Positions 19,701 through 28,700 of a stretch of DNA of 62,223 nt are shown piece after piece. The position numbers and the translations under genes were made by a program. How positions within the stretch are numbered: the first letter of the stretch is position 1; every line of letters starts with the position of its first letter. The DNA comes from a virus (Duplodnaviria > Caudoviricetes), in IMG/VR virus record IMGVR_UViG_3300009507_002699, positions 1 to 62,223 of that record. One strand, 5' to 3'. Under the pieces are notes generated by a model. It had not been told where the DNA came from. It saw nothing but the letters and a program-made list of their open reading frames with translations, and searched no databases.

Positions 19701-22700
19701 TTACTGACGATACTTATAGAACACCAACTAAAGTTATTGTTGGACATGATGGAAGTAAAACAGTTGCTTTTAATGATTATAGAGATGCATTATTATTAGA
19801 TTTAGAAAGAAGAATTTATAATAATATCAAGTCAGAATATGATATTAAAAAATTAGACATTCATGATTATATTCCCGGAGCATATAGAAAAACAAAATTT
19901 GCAGTTGATAATATCAATAAAGTATTATTAGGTGATTTTGTAAAATGGAATGAGTCATTAGGTGGACTAGATTACACATCAAATACATTTTATGAATTAA
20001 CTGATAGTTTCACTTACAACTATTCTTATATGTCAGGACCAAACGGTGAACCATTAACTGGCTTTTGGCGTTCGGTGTATAGAAACGCATACGATACTGA
20101 CCGCCCACATACACATCCGTGGGAAATGTTAGGCTTTCCAGAAATGCCAACATGGTGGACAACTGTTTACGGTGCGGCTCCGTATACAAGTAACAACTTA
20201 ATACTTTGGCAAGATCTTGAAGAAGGTAAAGTTGCAGAGCCAAATAAGCCGGCAAAATATTTAGAAAAATATGCAAGACCAGGATTAACTAAACATATAC
20301 CAGTTGACGAAAGCGGAAATTTACTAAGTCCGTTAGACTCTAAGTATGCAAACGAATATATTAATTCTTATACTAAATTAGGATTTAAATTTGGCGATCA
20401 TGCTCCAACAGAAAATGCTTGGAGAAATAGTAGTGATTATGCATTTAGTTTAATTAAATCTTGGTTATTAAATCAGCCTGCAAAAGTAATGTCAATAGGT
20501 TGGGACTTATCAAGAATAAGCAAAAACCTTGCAGGACAATTTGTTTATAGTGAAAATAAGCGTTCAATATCACTTGCTGATCTTGTTTTTAGTAATGTGT
20601 ACGGAGACACAACTAGAGTTTACACAAGCGGCTTCGTCGATTATATTATTAACTATACATTATCAAATAGCAAAATATCTACTAAAGATTATAAAGAGCA
20701 AATAAAAAGTTTAAAATACCAGTTAGGTATGAAATTAGGTGCGTTTACAGACAAATCTAAAATGAAATTTGTTTTAGATAGTAGAACACCATTTAATAAA
20801 GGTAATGTGTTTTTACCTAAAGAAAATTATCAAATATTTTTAAATACAAGTTCTCCTGTTGATACAGTTTCATATAGTGGCGTTATTGTAGAAAAACAGA
20901 GTTATGGATACGTTGTAAGAGGTTATGATAGAGCAAATCCTATATTCAAAATTCAGCCAGCGGTTCCACGCACTAATGACCCAGCAGTTAACATTGGCGG
21001 AGTATCTGATCCTTTTGTTGAATGGGAAGAAGATAAAAAATACACTAAAGACAAGTTTGTTAAATATTTAAATAAATTTTATAGAGTAACTACGGAACAC
21101 ACATCAACTGTTGAATTTGACGGAACTAAATTTAAGAAAATAGAAGATTTGCCTGTAAGAGGCGGAGCAACAGCATTGTTCCGTAAAAACTTTGAAACTA
21201 CGGTTGCTGAAATTCCATATGGAACAATATTTACAGAAATTCAAGAAGTTATAGATTTTCTATTAGGCTATGCAAAGCAACTTGACACAGCAGGATTTAC
21301 TTTTGATTTCTTTAATAAAGATACAAATACTGTTGAAGATTGGAAATATAGTGCTAAAGAATTTTTATATTGGACTACTCAGAACTGGGCCGCAGGCACA
21401 ATTATTGCATTGAGCCCTAGTGCTAATCAAATTAAATTTAGCAGACCGTATGCTGTAGTTGATAATTTATACGACAACTTTTATGACTATTCTCTACAGT
21501 CTAGTTCAGGAGAACCAATAGAAGAATCATTTACTAGATTAACTAGAAGTGGAAATGCTTTTGCTATTAATTTGGCAAGTACTGCTAATGGAATTTATTA
21601 TGTACAATTACCGCTTGTGCAAGTTGAACATGTTGCTATACTTGATAATACATCAGACTTTAAAGATGTAATTTATTCTCCAGCATCGGGTTATAGGCAA
21701 GACCGTATTAAGGTTATGGGATATAGAACTGCCAATTGGGATGGTACACTTAATATTCCAGGGTTTGTTTTTGACCAAGCCGAAGTTACAGAATGGGCAA
21801 GTTTTAAAGATTATGCAATTGGCGATACAGTGCGTTATAAAGAATTTTTCTATACAGCAAAAAATAAAATTGCAGGCGGCGCCAAATTTATTCCTGCTGA
21901 GTGGAATAGAATGGAAGGACGTCCTGAAACAAAACTATATACAAACTTTGATTATAGAATAAATCAATTTACAGATTTTTACGATCTTGACAGTGATAAC
22001 TTTGATACTGAGCAACAAAAACTTGCACAGCATTTAACAGGTTATCAAAAGCGCCAATATTTAGAAAATATTATTAATGATGATGTATCACAGTATAAAT
22101 TTTATCAAGGGTTTATTGCTGATAAAGGATCACGAAATAGTATTGACAAATTGTTTGATGCACTAGCAAGTGCTGACAAAGAATCAGTTGACTTTTATGA
22201 AGAATGGGCTGTAAAAAATAATCAATATGGTGCTACTACAAACTTTGAAGAAATTGAATGGCAGTTGGACGAGTCTAAGTTTAATTTAACTCCCCAACCA
22301 ATTGAACTAGTTGAAACATTACCTAGTGCCCCTACAGATTTAATTTATAGAATACCAAATTATGATGTATTCTTAAAACCACAAGATTATGATACAAATA
22401 AAATTCCTACAAAATATACAAACGAAGAATATGTAAAAACAGTAGGGTATGTAACTGGTGAAGATGTAAGTCGTGCAGTTATAACAAAGGATGGAATACT
22501 AGGATTTAGTATCGACGATATAAACAGGAACGACTATATTTGGGTAGCAACTGAAAATCAGACGTGGGACGTTGTTCAACATACTGAAACAGCATTAAGA
22601 ATTGAATCAGTTACTCCAATTGGCAACGAAGTTACTTTAGGATTTAACTTTACTGCTAGAGATATTTCTGTAGGAGATATTTTTGGTATTACTAATGCTA

Positions 22701-25700
22701 ATACACCAACACTTACTACACTAGATGGATTTTATAAAGCAACAAAGGTTGTTGGTAATGATGTAACTTTTGTAACTGAAAATCAAGATTGGCTGGAAAT
22801 AGACGAAACAGTAGATGTTACTGGCACAATAACTATTTTTACTACTCAACGTACAGCAACAGTAAAAGACGCAAACGCAAATGTTACTGCTAATCTAGGA
22901 ACAAATGAGTTAATTTGGATTGACGACGACGATAATAAAAAATGGACAGTGCTTAAAAATTCTCCTGTTTATTCAGAGCATCAAAAAATCCAAAGTTCAT
23001 TACAACTAGATAGTACACAACATGGATTTGGCCATGCTATTAGTGTAAACGATGCTAATACTAAAATGGCAGTTGGCATACCGTTTAAAGGAAACGGTGA
23101 AGTACACATTTATGTTCGTCCAAATGACAGTACAAATTTTGTTTTAGATCAAATTATTTACGCTCCGGCGGATGTTGCAGATATATATGACGGCAGTACA
23201 CCTACAACTTCTATGAATTTTGGCGAAAGTCTTGCACTTAGCCCAGATGGAAAATATCTTGTAATTGGATCTCCACAAGCATCAAATACTTACAGTTTTT
23301 ATAAAGGAGAATTTCAACAAGGTACTCCATATACAAAAAGTCAAATTGTACAATACGGACCAAACTTATATAAAGCAATTCAAAACATTGATCCTGCAAC
23401 AGGCGCAATTGAGTTTGATAGTTTTGATTCGTATGTGAATATAGTTTCAGAAAGTGATAGTACTTTTATTAATTTACTACAAACAGGTAATTACAAAATT
23501 AATGATAGTTTGGTAAATCATATGCTTATCAGAGCACCATTAGATGCTTATGAAGGAAGTACAGCCGGCGACGACATTGTATTAAAGTGGAACAACTATA
23601 GTAAATTAAATGTACAAGGATCCGCAACAAATGTTCAGCCATTTGATGGAGAGTTCCCTGCAATTGACGATGCATTTATTAATGGCACACATAATATTGA
23701 ATACAAAGTAGATAATGTATTAGTAATTGAAAATTTTGTTAACTTACCACAAGTTGGCGACACACTTTCGAGTAGTATTGCAAGTGGTACAGTTGTTTAT
23801 GTAGCAAACAGTTTAACCACATGTACAGTATATTTGTCCGGCGTTAACGGAACATTTTCTCAAGCAGGTTCAGTATTTGTCGGAACAATACGTATTGGTG
23901 ATTACACAGAAGATTATGTTAACTTAACAAGTAATTTAGGCGGATACTGGTATATTAATACACCAACTTATACTACTAGCGCAGATAGCACAAATACATT
24001 TGTTGATCCAGGACACGGATTGATATATCAAGATTTATTAACTACATCAAGTGGCAGATCTACACCAAACTTTTATTATAATATTACAGATGCTAGACAG
24101 CAAGCAATTGACGATGCTAATAGTTCTGGAGCAACTTTAAGTTTAATGGATCAAGCAAGTTTTGCACAAACATTAACTTATGAAGGTGATCCTTTAGAAG
24201 TGTTTGCAGTACAACAAAGCCCACTATGGACTGTAAGAGGCAATAAGACGTTTACAGATACATTAACAAATGGCGATAAATTTTATATGACCGTTGACAG
24301 TGTAAGTGGAAGTACAAACTTTACAGACACTGCAATGAGTGCGGCACTGTTTAACAAAGAACATACAGTGTATGACTTATGGGATGGTTATATAGATTTT
24401 ACTTTTGACGAATTTGATCAAGCAAATCAATTACCTTTTGAACCTATTGTAGGAGATACTATTGAAGATACAATCACTGGTGCTACTGCTGAAATTACTT
24501 TTTACAAAAGACAGTTTAATACTGTAAGAATTTATGTAAAAAATGTAACTGGTTCGTGGAGCAAAGGCGGTAATTATAACGAAGCGGCAGATATATTCCG
24601 TGTGCGTGGTGCTATTAAACGTAATATGGGTAGAATCGACGGTGTAAGTTTAGAAGGCACACGTATAGGTAAGATTATTGTTATAGAAGAATCAAGTAAC
24701 TTTGCAGATGCTACAATCAGCGAACTTAATGATTTTGAATATTGGTTCTATAACAAAATTACACTTGCAGGCATTCCGAGAATTGCTAATATTCCAGCAT
24801 CAAATAATAATGATTGGCAAATAGTTACTAATATTCCAGTATCGAATTTAAATGGAACTATGTCAAGTGGATTGCAATTAGAAGGAATGTTTAGTGTATA
24901 TGACTTAGATGACAAAATACAATTTAAAACTGTAAACCATTTTACAGTACCTGAAAGAAAAGCAAATGCAAAACTTGGTGATGAAATTCAAATTACTCAA
25001 GAAGGAAATTTATATAGGATTTTAGTAGCATCAAAAGGTGCAGGCACACAATCTAATGCAGGTAGTATACATTTTATTAAGCACGGTAGTAAAACTACAA
25101 ACGGAACTATAAACACATATGATTGGCAACTAGATGTTGATCCTAACTTTAGAGGATTGTTTAGTTCATCAGTTTTTTATAAACAAAACGAAATTGTTAA
25201 CAACGGAAGCAGATTATATAAAGCAAAACGAAATATTGCAAGCGGAAATGCGTTTATTGCAGATGATTGGGAAGCAGTGACTGATGGTACTGCACATGTT
25301 GGATTTATTCCAACACAAGGTACAAATAGAATTATTGGCGAAGATGTATTTGACCCAGAATTTGGAGTTAGAGATTTTGCAAGACAATTTGATCAATCTA
25401 AAGATGGCGAAGTGTTAGTTGTTAGTTCAAGAATACAAGGTAACGATAGTACAGGCGAACGTATAATTGTTGTATACAGAAGATTACCAGAAGGACAAAT
25501 GACAGTATCTCAAACTATTAAGCCACCTTATCAAGATTTATCAACAGGTTCATTTACTGGATTTGGTGATAGTATAAGCATTAGTAGTGATGGTGAAATG
25601 ATTGCTATTGGCGAGCCGTACAATGATGATAAGAAAAAAGATCAAGGTAAAGTATACATTTATACACTTGTAAACGGATTGTTTACATTAACCCAAGAAA

Positions 25701-28700
25701 TTTTTAGTCCAAATGGCGAGCAAGCAGAACAATTTGGTTCTTACTTGAACTTTGACGGTAATCAATTAGCAGTTACATCATTAAGTGGTGATATTGAATT
25801 GCCAACTACGTTTGATAATATTACAACTGTATTTGATGACGAGTTTACAAACTTTAAGTCGATGGATATGGACAGTGGTGTTGTGTTTATATACGAAAGA
25901 ATTAATCAATCGTTATTGTTCGCACAAGAATTTGTTATTGACGAACCGTTAGCAGTTAACTTTGGTAAAAACTTATTAATGCAAAACAACCATGTTTATT
26001 CTTCTATACCAGAGGTTACTGATCTTAATACGTTCCAAGGTATGATTATTGACTTTAGAAAAACAATAGGTTCAAAAGCATGGAAAACACATAGAAGTCC
26101 AATTGATCAAGTTGATATTACAAAAATTAAAGGTGCATTTTTATATAACACACAAACAAACACATTAATTGAAGATTTAGACTTTATTGATCCAGTACAA
26201 GGAAAAATTGCTGGCCCGGCAGAACAAGAATTGTCATATAAAACATATTATGATCCTGCGGCATATAGTATTGGCAACGACACTGTTGTTATTGACGAAA
26301 ATAATGCTTGGGGAGCAGAATATGCAGGTCAATTATGGTGGGATATTAGTGCAGTTAAGTTTTATAATTACCAACAAAATAATATTACATATCAAACAAA
26401 TTATTGGGGCGAAGTATTTCCTGGAACTAGTGTAGAAGTTTACGAATGGGTAGAAACTGATTTGCTACCAAGTGAATGGGATGCCTTAGCAGATAGTGAA
26501 AATGGTATTGCTTCGGGAGTAAGTGGTACTAGTAGATACGGTGATTTTGTATACTCTCAAAGATTAAAATGGGATCCTATTTCAAATACAAGTGTACCAA
26601 AGTATTATTATTGGGTAGCAAATAAACGTGTTGTACCAACAACTGCTAATAGAAAAATTACAGCATATGATGTAAAACGTTTGATAGAAGATCCAGTAGG
26701 TCAAGGACATAAGTTTGTAGGCCTAATGGCTAAAGACAGGTATGTACTATTTAATTGTGAACAACTATTAAGTGGTAACAATGTTGCATTTAATTTACGT
26801 TATTATACTTTAGATAACGTTGATCAAAATATTCATAACGAATATCAAATGCTAACACAAGGAGTAGGATCTAGTAAACCAACTAGAGATATTGAACGCA
26901 AATGGTTTGATAGTTTAATTGGGTATGACAATCAATTTAGATTAGTTCCAGATCCTAAACTAAGTGTTAAAGCAAAATATGGCATTAGTAATAATCCAAG
27001 ACAGTCTATGTTTATTAACAAGTCAGAAGCATATAAGCAAGTTATTGAACGTGTTAATGATGTTTTAATTAAAAATATTATTGTTGATGAATTTGATATT
27101 AGTGATTTAACTAAAAGCGATCCACAACCACTTGCAAGTTCACGGACTTATGATGTTAAAATTGATTCATATGAAGATCTTGCATTTGTTGGTGTAGCAA
27201 AAAGAATTACAGCATTACTAACGCCGACAATAGTAAATGGTAAAATTACTAGTGTTCAAATTTCAAATTCAGGTAAAGGATATGTAGATCCAACTTACGT
27301 TTCAACTGTAGGAGGAATTAGATTAGGTCCTCAAATTACAGTTACAGGTATTGGTAGAGATGCTGTTCTAGAATCTGAAATAAACGAACTAGGACAAATT
27401 ACAAAGGTTAATATTATTGATCCAGGATTAGGATATGACGAAAATACTACACTTTCAGTAAGAAACTTTAGTGTACTTGTTGCAAGTGATTTAAATGTTG
27501 CTAACAAATGGTCTTTATATAATTACAATGGTATTAAATGGAATAGAACTGTTAGTCAACGCTTTGATACAAATTTATACTGGAGTTATGCAGACTGGTT
27601 TGCAACAGGATATAGCGAATTTACAGAAATCGATAGTCTAATTGATTTCAGTTACCAATTATCTGCAATAGAAAATGATATCGGCGACACAGTTAAAATT
27701 TCATCTGTTGGTTCAGGAGGCTGGTTGCTATTAGAAAAAATTGCAAATCTACAGACTGAAGATTACACACAAAATTACAAAGTAATAGGTAAGCAAAATG
27801 CAACTATTCAATTTAGTAATAAGTTATATAATACTACAATTAACAAAACCGGTTTTGATACTGATACATTTGATACAGCATTTTATGACAATCAACCTGT
27901 AACTGAATCTAGAGTAGTTTTAGAAACTCTTAGAGATCATATTTTAGTTGATAATTTAGAAGTTCATTACAATGAATTATTTCTTGCAAGTGTACGTTAT
28001 GCGTTTAGTGAACAACCAAACATTGACTGGGCATTTAAAACATCATTTATTAAAGCACAACACAATGTTGGCGATCTAACGCAAAAAGTTACATTTAAAA
28101 ATGATAATATTGACAACTATCAAGATTATATTAACGAAGTTAAACCTTTTAAAACTAAAATTAGAGAATATGTATCTAGTTATGAAAAAACTGATCCTAC
28201 AAATAGTGTAATTACAGATTTTGATTTACCACCTAGATACAGTTTTTCGAAAAAGAAAATTTTAAGTAGTACAGCAAAAGTTTTTAATAACACAATTTCA
28301 AGTGTACCAAATAGTACTAGTTCTTATCCTGATAAGCATTGGCTAGAAAACAGTGGATATGAAATAAAAGAAATTTCGATCGGTAATGCAGGATCAAACT
28401 ACACATTACCACCAGTAGTTTCAATTGAAGGTGGCGGCGGCAGTGGCGCAAAAGCAAAAGCATTCTTAAATTCAGGTAAAGTAAGTAAAATTGAAGTTAC
28501 AGCACCGGGCAATGGCTATGTAAAAGCACCAGATGTAATATTAAACGGTAGTGTAGAAGATGGCGGAACAAAAGCAACTGCTAGAGCAGTACTAGGAAAT
28601 GGTAAAGTAAGAGGTACACATATTATTTCGCGCTTTGATAGAATAAGTGGCCAACCTTATTATTTAGAAGTAGCAAGATCAGAAATATTTACTGGAGATA